Positions 56,163 to 64,000 of a DNA stretch of 64,000 bases are shown here, piece after piece. The notes beneath the pieces are model-generated. The model worked only from the letters and a program-made list of their open reading frames with translations. It was not told the origin of the DNA and ran no database searches. How positions within the stretch are numbered: position 1 is the first letter of the stretch; the number at the start of each line of letters is the position of its first letter. The stretch is from a virus: IMG/VR virus record IMGVR_UViG_3300025853_000048, positions 25,450 through 89,449 of that record; one strand, given 5' to 3'. A program made the translations under genes and the position numbers.

Positions 56163-57338
56163 TTACCCTGGGAGTGAAAGGTTCACACCGCCCACCCACT
56201 TGGCGATTGTTTCAACATCCGAGTGCGAATATCCCGCATGGACCTCCTCTGAATCGTGATCCAGCATCATCATCCGCCATTCAGCCGGCACCCCTGCATT
56301 TTTCAGCGTTGAAGTCATTGTATGTCGAAACGAATGGAAACCTTTGTTGCGAAAGGTTCTACTCCGCTCCCCTTCCCCACTCATCGATTCGATCTCAATT
56401 CCTGCCTCGGTCATGATCCGGTCAAAATGATAGCAAAGTTGGCGGGTGTTCATCCCGCATAACTCGGGACACCATGGGCCTTTTTCCCCGTAGTGAGGTA
56501 AACCCAGAAGATGGGAGCGCAACGGATTTAGAACAGGTAACGTAACCTCCCTGCCATACCGTAACTTTTTCGCGGGTAGAAAAGTCACGGTCAGGAGCTC
56601 GCCTGCCATTTCGGTCTGATCGAAACTCAGCCTGGAACAATCCCCCTCCCTCTGGCCGGTACACCAACCGGTTAAAATCATCGTATGCCAATCCCTGGCC
56701 ATCGACTTACCGTCCCCGTAGTAGGAGCGGGAATACACAGCGTCAATCAAACTCTGCACTTCTTCAGCAGTAAACGGCACCTTGCGATCCGAAAGCCCTC
56801 CGGTTTTCTCCACCCCTTCGCAAGGATTAGTGTAGATCACGCCCTTGGACATTTGCCTTTTAAAAACTGCTGATATCGTCGAAATGCATTGTCGGGATGG
56901 TCCCGGCTTCATGCCATCCCCTCTAAGCGCATCATAGAGTCCCTGAACAGTGTCTAGCGTGATCTCAATAATGTACGGGTCGCGACCAAGAAAACGCGTC
57001 AGATCGTTGATATGTCCCCGATAATTGTCTTTGGTCTTCTTACCTACACGCTTGCCGCGTATTTCCAGCCATTCGGAAGCTGCCTCACTCCACCGGGGAT
57101 AGATTGAGCGTCCAGCCGCCTCGGTGATCTTGCGTACTGATTGCGCTGCGAATTCGTGGGTCAGTTGCCCACCCCCTGCCAGGTCTGCCACCCGTTGCAG
57201 TTCGTCTGCGATCTCCCTCGCTGCTTCCTCATCCTTTGTCCGAGTGGTGCGCGAAACCCTCACCCGCTTGTCATTTTTCCAAACCCAAATATAGGCTTGC
57301 CAGTACGGGGAATTGCCAGTCTGATAAATCGTTGCCAT
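56163..57338 (-). CDS. int: Phage integrase (tyrosine recombinase with arm-binding N-domain)
   Basis: N-terminal beta arm domain, TGQREGD, HSFRH, LDH, HAGY; adjacent to attP. Confidence 0.92.
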   Translation of the reverse strand: MATIYQTGNSPYWQAYIWVWKNDKRVRVSRTTRTKDEEAAREIADELQRVADLAGGGQLTHEFAAQSVRKITEAAGRSIYPRWSEAASEWLEIRGKRVGKKTKDNYRGHINDLTRFLGRDPYIIEITLDTVQGLYDALRGDGMKPGPSRQCISTISAVFKRQMSKGVIYTNPCEGVEKTGGLSDRKVPFTAEEVQSLIDAVYSRSYYGDGKSMARDWHTMILTGWCTGQREGDCSRLSFDQTEMAGELLTVTFLPAKKLRYGREVTLPVLNPLRSHLLGLPHYGEKGPWCPELCGMNTRQLCYHFDRIMTEAGIEIESMSGEGERSRTFRNKGFHSFRHTMTSTLKNAGVPAEWRMMMLDHDSEEVHAGYSHSDVETIAKWVGGVNLSLPG

Positions 57339-57343
57339 CTCAC

Positions 57344-57591
57344 TTCAACACTTTTTTCAACACGAAATCACTTCAACACTTCTTCAACACGAACATAGGG
57401 AATATTGCGAATATTAAGAATAATCAACCCCGGTTAATCCCTTATTTCACCGTGGTTTAAGCAGAAGTGACCAAAACGGGAGTGCGGGTTCGATTCCCGC
57501 CGCTGGTATTCTCTACAAGCCTTTAACCAAGCGGGTTAGAGGCTTTTTTACTGGTTTCGAGGAGAGTCGATTTCAACAGTTATTTCAACAC
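57344..57591. other. attP: tRNA 3'-half core (about 57481-57508) flanked by TTCAACAC arm-type repeats
   Basis: AGTGCGGGTTCGATTCCCGCCGCTGGTA (T-arm plus acceptor strand). TTCAACAC at 57344, 57356, 57372, 57383 and 57584; TTCAACAG at 57572. Confidence 0.85.
57517..57549 (+). terminator. Terminator after tRNA fragment
   Basis: AAGCCTTTAACC...GGTTAGAGGCTTTTTT. Confidence 0.65.
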
Positions 57592-57646
57592 CAAACTGCT
57601 AAACCATGACTTGATATACTTAATATTCTAAATATTCTTATTAATC

Positions 57647-57850
57647 ATGCCTTACAGTGATCCAAATTCAAAAACAGAGCATAATCGAACTTACTATGAG
57701 CAGAACCTTGAAGCAATTCGGGAGCGCAAACGTCGCTGGTATCAGCAGAATAAGCAGAGGTTGCTCGAGAAACAAAGACTCAGCCGCTTTGAGGAGAAGG
57801 AAGGAGAGAACCTCCGTGAGATAACCTCCGGTATTGAACTTGCGAAATAA
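57647..57850 (+). CDS. Small basic protein
   Basis: YYEQNLEAIRERKRRWYQQNK repeat-type motif. Confidence 0.6.
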   Translation: MPYSDPNSKTEHNRTYYEQNLEAIRERKRRWYQQNKQRLLEKQRLSRFEEKEGENLREITSGIELAK

Positions 57851-57855
57851 CAGTT

Positions 57856-58554
57856 ATGGCTAAAAAGAACCAATCCCCTGCCCCTCCCCGTACAAGCGTC
57901 ATTGATGCTGAATTGGCGATTATTCCGGATGAGCAACTGATGGTGTTTCCGGAAACCGAACGGGAAACCGTCAAATCGGTATTGGTCAACCTGCAACGTC
58001 TTTTCGACTCGGCCCTTAAAGCTGCCAACCAATGGATGACGCTTTCTCCGGAATCCCGGTTGAAGATTCGGCAGATGTCACCGCAACTGGAAGACACCTG
58101 GGATAGGTTGGACGCAGTAGGCCGCGGTGATCTGCACCCCCGACTGGTTGCCGCTCCAGGAAAAACTGCTGCCCTGATGCGGAAAATGCCGATCGATATG
58201 CAGACTCATTACCTGGTTAACAAGTTCGAGGTAGCGTTAGAGGGCGGTGACTCAATGATGGTGGATTTAAAAAACATGACGTTGGATTACAAGCGGCAGG
58301 TTTTAGATTTTGACCGTAATGCAGGAACCGTTCGGGTCCGATCCCTGGCAGAACAACGAGCATGGTTGGCGCAACAGGAACGGGATCGTAAAGCCAAGGA
58401 AGCGCGACAAAACCAGATGAAGAAAGAGGAACGGCCCGGGCTTTATCGAATTGAGAAGAAACGCGGGTTTATCGACCCTGAAAAAGCTGCCGATGGCTTG
58501 ACCTTTGCCGAGGCGAAAGATTTTTATGAGGCGTTCAAACGTTGCATGAAATAA
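57856..58554 (+). CDS. Hypothetical protein
   Basis: 232-aa ORF. Confidence 0.7.
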   Translation: MAKKNQSPAPPRTSVIDAELAIIPDEQLMVFPETERETVKSVLVNLQRLFDSALKAANQWMTLSPESRLKIRQMSPQLEDTWDRLDAVGRGDLHPRLVAAPGKTAALMRKMPIDMQTHYLVNKFEVALEGGDSMMVDLKNMTLDYKRQVLDFDRNAGTVRVRSLAEQRAWLAQQERDRKAKEARQNQMKKEERPGLYRIEKKRGFIDPEKAADGLTFAEAKDFYEAFKRCMK

Positions 58555-58681
58555 AAACCCGGAGCGCAAAGCGGGAAGTCCCCCAACTTCCGTTATGGAT
58601 ATGCTTTGCGCCCCGGTTAAGGCATAATCTGAATTATATATTAATGAGGCAATCTGAAATGTCAAGACTTGTTGAACGGAA

Positions 58682-59443
58682 TCACGTTTTGTCACATTGG
58701 GTGCAGATAATGTTTGTGTTTCTTTTTAGGAATGCTTTGCCCTCGATTGAGTCAGGGATGCTAAAAACATGACCGCAATCCAGATGTAGATGGATCTTTG
58801 AATTCAGCTTTTTAGTCACCAGGATGTTACGGCGAGGATGCACCAGGTTGACTTCAGAAACACTTTTGAAAACCCCTAAATATCCGTGCGTATGACCTTG
58901 AAATATCAATGGTATAGCGTAAGTGGTCATCCTGTAGTATTTCCCTGTCTTTGAATTGTTTACGGTGTAACTGCATTCATAAGGGATGGATTTTCTGATC
59001 GCTGACTCCCACTTGTCATAAATTATTTCTCGCTCCTCAGGGATAATCCCGCGTAGCCACCCTTGCCCTAGCATCGCATCCGGGGATAAGCCGAAGATTT
59101 TGCACAACTCTTTATTCGCAAAGCGGCAATCCCCCTCCGGAGAAAACTCATAAATAGGGGTATCCCAGAGGTTAAGGACGGCTAGGATCAACGCGGAATT
59201 GCCATGCGCGTGATACTCTATCTCATCGATCCAGTAAAATAATGATCCAGGCCCCGACAACTGCGGCCATTTTTCCAATAGCACGGCCAGCAGTGGCAAC
59301 CCGTCTACAATCTTTCCGAAATGTTTCCTTAAAGACTTGATGACCGTCGCCAAGGGACTCAAAACATATCTCTGCAAAATAATGCCTGCCCCGGCGACAC
59401 CGGTTATCCAGCCCGCTATTCTCAGTATTGTGTCGAAGTCCAT
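58682..59443 (-). CDS. N-terminal TM + PAS-domain protein in lysis cassette
   Basis: PIYEFSPEGDCRFANKELCKIFGLS..MLGQGW..IIPEERE..W PAS fold; C-terminal C.H...C..C. Confidence 0.8.
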   Translation of the reverse strand: MDFDTILRIAGWITGVAGAGIILQRYVLSPLATVIKSLRKHFGKIVDGLPLLAVLLEKWPQLSGPGSLFYWIDEIEYHAHGNSALILAVLNLWDTPIYEFSPEGDCRFANKELCKIFGLSPDAMLGQGWLRGIIPEEREIIYDKWESAIRKSIPYECSYTVNNSKTGKYYRMTTYAIPLIFQGHTHGYLGVFKSVSEVNLVHPRRNILVTKKLNSKIHLHLDCGHVFSIPDSIEGKAFLKRNTNIICTQCDKT

Positions 59444-59454
59444 TCATCTTGGCA

Positions 59455-60183
59455 TTATGCTAAAATTGCCATTGCCTCTCTCACCGCTCCGTCGTAAATC
59501 TGAGCCATCGCTTTAGTCCCACCCATCTGAACCACTCTCTGGACATGCTCAGGGTTGCCGCCAAAAAATGGCTCAGTCAGGATCGAAGGAAAACTTTGCG
59601 TGTACAGGCCGCGACCACCGTTTTCATTTTTGGTCAATTGTCGGACACCTCCGTCATCGAATTGGAGCGCGTTGATAAAGTGTCTCTGCATAATCCCGGC
59701 AACCTGCTGACTTGTGTAAGCTCCATAAGCCGTGTACATGGCCGTGTAACGTCCAGGGGTGCGTCCTGAGCGGTTGAAATGCAATTCAAGGCTCAGATTA
59801 GGTTGCCACTGTGCAGCCTCTCTATAAGCCGTTTCAATCTCGTTGCGGTAGCTTCCTGTGTAGCGGCGATTAAATCGCTTGTAGACAATCTGCGTGTCGG
59901 ACAATGCCGCCAGGTTGTCAGCCACGATGTTATTGAAGTCGTATTCCTGCATCCCGATCGGATCAGCCGCCCACGCGCCTTTGCCGTAAGCGTTATGTCC
60001 GACAATCACCGCCACCTTCAGACGGTCGGCTTTCGGCCTGGTCCGGTGTGGTTCGACAATATTGTTGGATGTCTGGACACCCAGGGCGCGAAGGACGGTA
60101 TCCAACGCCAGACTGTCGTCATCGTTATCGATCGCCCATTTGATTGTCCAAAGGTCGTCTTTTGCTACAGTTACGTTGTCCAT
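59455..60183 (-). CDS. N-acetylmuramoyl-L-alanine amidase (Amidase_3) endolysin
   Basis: VIVGH...E..., LELHFN, ILTEPFF zinc-amidase motifs. Confidence 0.88.
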   Translation of the reverse strand: MDNVTVAKDDLWTIKWAIDNDDDSLALDTVLRALGVQTSNNIVEPHRTRPKADRLKVAVIVGHNAYGKGAWAADPIGMQEYDFNNIVADNLAALSDTQIVYKRFNRRYTGSYRNEIETAYREAAQWQPNLSLELHFNRSGRTPGRYTAMYTAYGAYTSQQVAGIMQRHFINALQFDDGGVRQLTKNENGGRGLYTQSFPSILTEPFFGGNPEHVQRVVQMGGTKAMAQIYDGAVREAMAILA

Positions 60184-60207
60184 GCCGTGTCTCTCCCCTC
60201 TGTTGAG

Positions 60208-60690
60208 TTAAATTTCTTTTGATCCCTGTCGCCCGGAATTGGCGATCCCTCGCCCGATCATGCCGAGGAAGGCAACCACGGCGAGTCCCGACACGAACCA
60301 GACATCCGTTTTCAGGAAAGCTCCAAGAAACATGGCAGCGACTGCAACGGCAAAGATAATGAAGTTTTTGCGTTTCAGCTTTTCCAGGATGTTTTGGCGA
60401 CTGTCGCCCTGCTCACCCGCGTCCGCGATGCCTTCGGCAATGGCCAGTCCTCCGCTCACCAATCCGATCAGCAGGAACAGGTAACCCGGGAACGCGAATA
60501 TCAGTCCGACAAAACAGGCGGCGCCGCCCGCAATTGTCGCGATGTCCTTTATTGAGATGTTAGTAGGTAGTTTTACTTTCATAGTTTTAGTATTCGATGG
60601 AAATAGGGTAATGAAACGCGCCGACTCCTTCACTCGTTGTCCATACGGGTGGCTGGATCTGTCTGGCTTCCACGGGGTGATTTTATGCAA
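60208..60690 (-). CDS. Four-TM membrane protein (holin-like)
   Basis: Hydrophobic segments; adjacent to the endolysin. Likely start MKVKLP. Confidence 0.6.
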   Translation of the reverse strand: MHKITPWKPDRSSHPYGQRVKESARFITLFPSNTKTMKVKLPTNISIKDIATIAGGAACFVGLIFAFPGYLFLLIGLVSGGLAIAEGIADAGEQGDSRQNILEKLKRKNFIIFAVAVAAMFLGAFLKTDVWFVSGLAVVAFLGMIGRGIANSGRQGSKEI

Positions 60691-60802
60691 ACTTTCTGTT
60701 GACTTAACTCAGATCTGTGGTATATTGAAGTATGGGGGAAAACTGTAGAATGACAACCCGTCAGACAAGCGAAGGACAGGATAGACAAAGCAAGGACAGG
60801 TT

Positions 60803-61423
60803 TCATTTCGAAAGGGACTGGTAAAAATTCTTAAAGTTGGCAATCTTCTCTTCTGTCCGACCACCGAAGTAAAATTTTGAGACAGCCCCGGTCAGTGTCG
60901 CGACACTACCGACCAGGAATGAGGCAAAAGTGAGTGATGTCCCGGTTAGTCCATCTTTCTGGACAGACATGAACAACATGATGGTCAGCGCAATCATGAT
61001 GCCGATGTAAGCAAGTGCGATGGCCGCTCCCATGCCAGGGCGGAAGTTGCGGGCAAAAGTGCTGTCGCCACTCATGTCTGCAGCATGTCGAGCAGTGACC
61101 TGGGTTTCGTGGTGGGCTATTGATTCAAAGAAATTGTCCACCATCCCGGTTTCGAGCTCGCGAATCTTGAACATAACCTCTGGATCCTGCTGGGCGATCA
61201 CCGCCTCGATCCGGTCCATGTCGGACACTTCGTAATCCTCGGCGTCATCCCCGAGCACCTTGACCACTTTGCCTACCTGCTTGAGAATTTGGGCAGCGGC
61301 TGGATTGCCTGCAGAAATCGCACCTCCCACGGCAGGCAGTCCGACATTGATTAAAGCCTGACCAATGGATTTAAACTTAGTCCGGATTTTTTCACGGCGT
61401 TCGGCTTTTTCCTGGTCAGTCAT
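60803..61423 (-). CDS. Holin (GTA 3TM-like)
   Basis: ARHAADMSGDSTFARNFRP, two TMs, FYFGGRT.EK. Confidence 0.7.
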   Translation of the reverse strand: MTDQEKAERREKIRTKFKSIGQALINVGLPAVGGAISAGNPAAAQILKQVGKVVKVLGDDAEDYEVSDMDRIEAVIAQQDPEVMFKIRELETGMVDNFFESIAHHETQVTARHAADMSGDSTFARNFRPGMGAAIALAYIGIMIALTIMLFMSVQKDGLTGTSLTFASFLVGSVATLTGAVSKFYFGGRTEEKIANFKNFYQSLSK

Positions 61424-61966
61424 CGGGCAGGGGGTTCGGGTAGCGGAAGACTGGCGGCAACTACGGACATTGCCACCAGCCTACCTCTGCTACCTTACTT
61501 ATGGGGGAGTTGAGGGTCTTTAGTTGGGGGGTTGGGGGGAAAGTGTTTAGCCGAACAAAAACGGACACCATTTGAGAGGGAATAATAAAGGGGTGATCGG
61601 CTATATGTGGGCCGATGTTTTTTTGTGAGTTTTCCAAATCTTTAGCCGGTGTTTGTTGGCTTTGTATAGTCATATCAGCGGTTAACAGAAATGCTAATGA
61701 CAGGACGGGGGTGGAAGCGTTTGCGAGGTGGATCAAGAATAAACTAAATCGGTGAGTCGCAATCCCAGGGTTCACTCTGGGTTAGACTTATCCCCGGAGC
61801 CTTGGTTCTCAAAGTATGCTTTGATGCTTAAATTAGTGTCACTTTTTCTTCGGCGACAATCGGTGGCGTCTCAGCTACTGTACACTTCAATCAAGGCCCG
61901 GAGAACGGGGTTGGGGTAGCTATTTATGGTGCGGCGTTAGCTACAGGAACTACAGCCGATATTGTC

Positions 61967-62112
61967 TCAAGCTTTTCCGGGGAGGCCAATCACATGGCTA
62001 TCAGCCGTGCCAATATCCGTAGATGAGGCAGTCCATGTCGTCTGAGCCTCTGCTGTAACGACTGTTCTGTACTCCGCTGATGGCAGTAGAGAAAATCTAT
62101 GTGGATCAACAT
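61967..62112 (-). pseudogene. Frameshifted remnant of a (N/D)PHRF-type tail gene
   Basis: TAATG-coupled ATG TTG is out of frame with DPHRFSLLPSAEYRTVVT; compare NPHRFS in 62693-63400. Confidence 0.45.
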
Positions 62113-62612
62113 TACAAAGTCTCTGCTAAAACAAACAATGCATCTACCTCTTCAGGTGTTTTGTTAATATTGGGATGTTGCCGCAGAGACTCAAGGGTTG
62201 CGTTTGTTCGCTCAAAAAATGTAGCGTCATACCAATCTACCTGCACCGATGTTGGTTGCGCGTCTACAATTGATTTAACCGTATCGTAAATTCCGTCTTG
62301 TATCATCGCAAGTTTGAGTTGTCGCGGCGTTACTTGAGAAGGGACAACAATGGGTTTGTCTTCCTCCACCCACGTTTCGGTGTAGGTTTCCGCTTGCAAG
62401 TCCACTGCCCAATTTCCGCGCTTCACCTGCTTGTCATCGGCTGAGGGATCAGGTTTAGCAGTGTTCGCCACGGTCAGGAAAACAAGGTCGGGATCTCCCC
62501 CAACAATCTGTTCCCCGTCTGCCCGTGGGTAATTTATTCTCTCGCGAACAACCTCTGAAGTTGCCGTATTGTATATTGTATATTTTTTAGATGTATCTAC
62601 TGGGTAGTTCAT
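62112..62612 (-). CDS. Tail fibre assembly/accessory protein
   Basis: C-terminal VTPRQLKLA...W..AT.FER...VDALF motif typical of tail-fibre accessory proteins. Confidence 0.7.
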   Translation of the reverse strand: MNYPVDTSKKYTIYNTATSEVVRERINYPRADGEQIVGGDPDLVFLTVANTAKPDPSADDKQVKRGNWAVDLQAETYTETWVEEDKPIVVPSQVTPRQLKLAMIQDGIYDTVKSIVDAQPTSVQVDWYDATFFERTNATLESLRQHPNINKTPEEVDALFVLAETL

Positions 62613-62633
62613 TTGTTTTTATTACACGTAAAA

Positions 62634-62684
62634 TTAATTGAGGTGGATAACTTCGGAAGTTGCCGTGTTTACTGGATAATTCAT
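62634..62684 (-). pseudogene. Internally deleted duplicate of 62112-62612 N-terminus (MNYPVNTATSEVIHLN*)
   Basis: Shares MNYPV and NTATSEV with the neighbouring gene. Confidence 0.6.
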
Positions 62685-62692
62685 TTGTTAAA

Positions 62693-63400
62693 TTAGTCTA
62701 AAGGGCCGTCAGTTGAGTATGTGGAGCCGTTGTTAGTGGCGTCGTAGCCGTTCCCGGAATAATCATTAGTATCGTCGGAATCGAGTAACCACCAGCCCAC
62801 CAAACCGTCAGAAACATGAGTTCCTGAGTAGATGGATGACACCTCTGCCGATGTTAACTCCTTGTCGTAAAACCGCAAATCAGCTAAGTTACCGTTGAGA
62901 AAGTTACCTCCCCATTCCCCGATTATAAGATCATTTTCGTCGGCATAGGTATCCGATGCGTCAGCTATTGGCGAAACAGTCTCCGCAGATCCATCGTTAT
63001 AAAAACTAAACCCCGACCAACTAGCAGAACCATCGTAAGTCATCACCAGATGCAACCAAGTTCCATTTTCGGGAATTGTTGTGGACCCTCTAGCCAATCG
63101 CCCTCCAGACCCAGTACGGTTTACAAACCCACCCTGCACGACACCGAGACTCGACCTCCTGCCCATAGTCCAACCCTTTGATGCTCCGGAATCCCAAGTA
63201 CCGAGAACTGATGTAAGAATGTCTGAGCCTTTGACCCAGAAAGCCACTGAAAAAGCTTCATCAGATTCTTTCTTAAAAACATCATTAGCTGAATTGATAT
63301 AATCATTTGTGCCATCAAAATTGCGACTAGCCCCACCAAACGCGGGAGTGTCGCCGCCGCCCGATACCGAAAATCTATGCGGATTCAGAATAACGCTCAT
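62693..63400 (-). CDS. LamG/concanavalin-A-like lectin domain virion protein
   Basis: FDGTNDYI, FSVAFWVK, WLHLVMTYDG, GNLADLRFYDKELT; start at TAATG overlap. Confidence 0.85.
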   Translation of the reverse strand: MSVILNPHRFSVSGGGDTPAFGGASRNFDGTNDYINSANDVFKKESDEAFSVAFWVKGSDILTSVLGTWDSGASKGWTMGRRSSLGVVQGGFVNRTGSGGRLARGSTTIPENGTWLHLVMTYDGSASWSGFSFYNDGSAETVSPIADASDTYADENDLIIGEWGGNFLNGNLADLRFYDKELTSAEVSSIYSGTHVSDGLVGWWLLDSDDTNDYSGNGYDATNNGSTYSTDGPLD

Positions 63401-64000
63401 TATGCTCTCGTTCCTATTAGCCATATTTTCAGGCCTGCTCCAGCTACAGTTGATCCGACTTGGTCAATGTCTATAGTTACCTCAACGTCACTGTTCATTT
63501 GAGTAGTAGAAATAACTGCGGCTGTAGCGGCAGTCTCAGAAGTTTTTTCTGAAGCATCAATGGAAAGAACAGTACTTAATACAGAAACTCCCGACTCGTT
63601 TATGTCAACCTGCAAGGCCGCACCCGTCGGGGCGGTGTTCACTGATGCTCGCACATCTGCGAGTGTCATGGCGTAAGGCATTCGGAAAGTAGTCTTCGCT
63701 GTCCCAGTTGTTAAATCCGTAGTTTCATCACTTACCGCAATTCCTAATTCAACCGGGAGCGCATCTACATACGCTTTAATGCTCTGTTGAGTAGCAAGAG
63801 CGGTTGCTGAATCAGAAGACATTGTATCCTCATCCAAAATTGTAGTAACTCGAGCATTGGCCGCGCCCATCCGCACTCCCGAATCAGTAATGTCTACTCG
63901 ATCTGTATTTGCAGTTCGTAGCGATACAGTCCCGTTTACAACTTTTACTTCATCTGTCCCATCTGGGCTGTCCAGAATCACCTCGCTAGACGTGAGTGTC
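63400..64000 (-). CDS. Tail fibre protein, C-terminal part (5' end beyond window)
   Basis: DEDTMSSDSATALATQQSIKAYVD and SDETTDLTTGTAK.TFRMP...IDIDQVGST.AGAGLK; frame open to the window edge. Confidence 0.8.
   Translation of the reverse strand, partial: TLTSSEVILDSPDGTDEVKVVNGTVSLRTANTDRVDITDSGVRMGAANARVTTILDEDTMSSDSATALATQQSIKAYVDALPVELGIAVSDETTDLTTGTAKTTFRMPYAMTLADVRASVNTAPTGAALQVDINESGVSVLSTVLSIDASEKTSETAATAAVISTTQMNSDVEVTIDIDQVGSTVAGAGLKIWLIGTRA

Noticed and set aside
57440-57510. Complete tRNA gene
   Set aside because: Only the T-arm and 3' acceptor strand are present; no 5' acceptor, D-arm or anticodon arm.
61461-61775. 104-aa minus ORF
   Set aside because: No motif, no coupling to neighbours, and located in a decayed region; not supportable.

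Overview
This window is part of a temperate bacteriophage genome; the integrase, a tRNA-3'-half attP and the lysis genes are contiguous, which suggests the excised or circular form. Almost all genes are on the minus strand. (1) 1-18473: one uninterrupted minus-strand ORF of more than 6,150 aa that runs off the left edge and is absent from the ORF track. It is a giant polyvalent protein with two LPD23+HExxH modules, an ART-PolyVal ADP-ribosyltransferase, and ddrB-ParB, GNAT-like and GrpE-like domains. (2) 18.6-22 kb: probable virion proteins. (3) 22.4-24.6 kb: an array of integron-type gene cassettes with three complete attC sites and offset R''/R' complementarity. The cassette genes, including two DNA methyltransferases, lie antisense to the attC sites and start inside them, and no integron integrase is present in the window. 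(4) 25-50 kb: a tyrosine recombinase, two PAPS-reductase-family proteins, terminase large subunit, YqaJ/ERF recombination pair, DnaB and a replication initiator. (5) About 51 kb: a divergent pair of paralogous ribbon-helix-helix regulators. (6) 53.3-54.6 kb: an intact IS3-family element. (7) 56-57.6 kb: integrase and attP. (8) 58.7-64 kb: lysis cassette (TM-PAS protein, amidase, holins) and tail-fibre genes with decayed paralog remnants. All family assignments come from motif recognition by eye, with no database searches.
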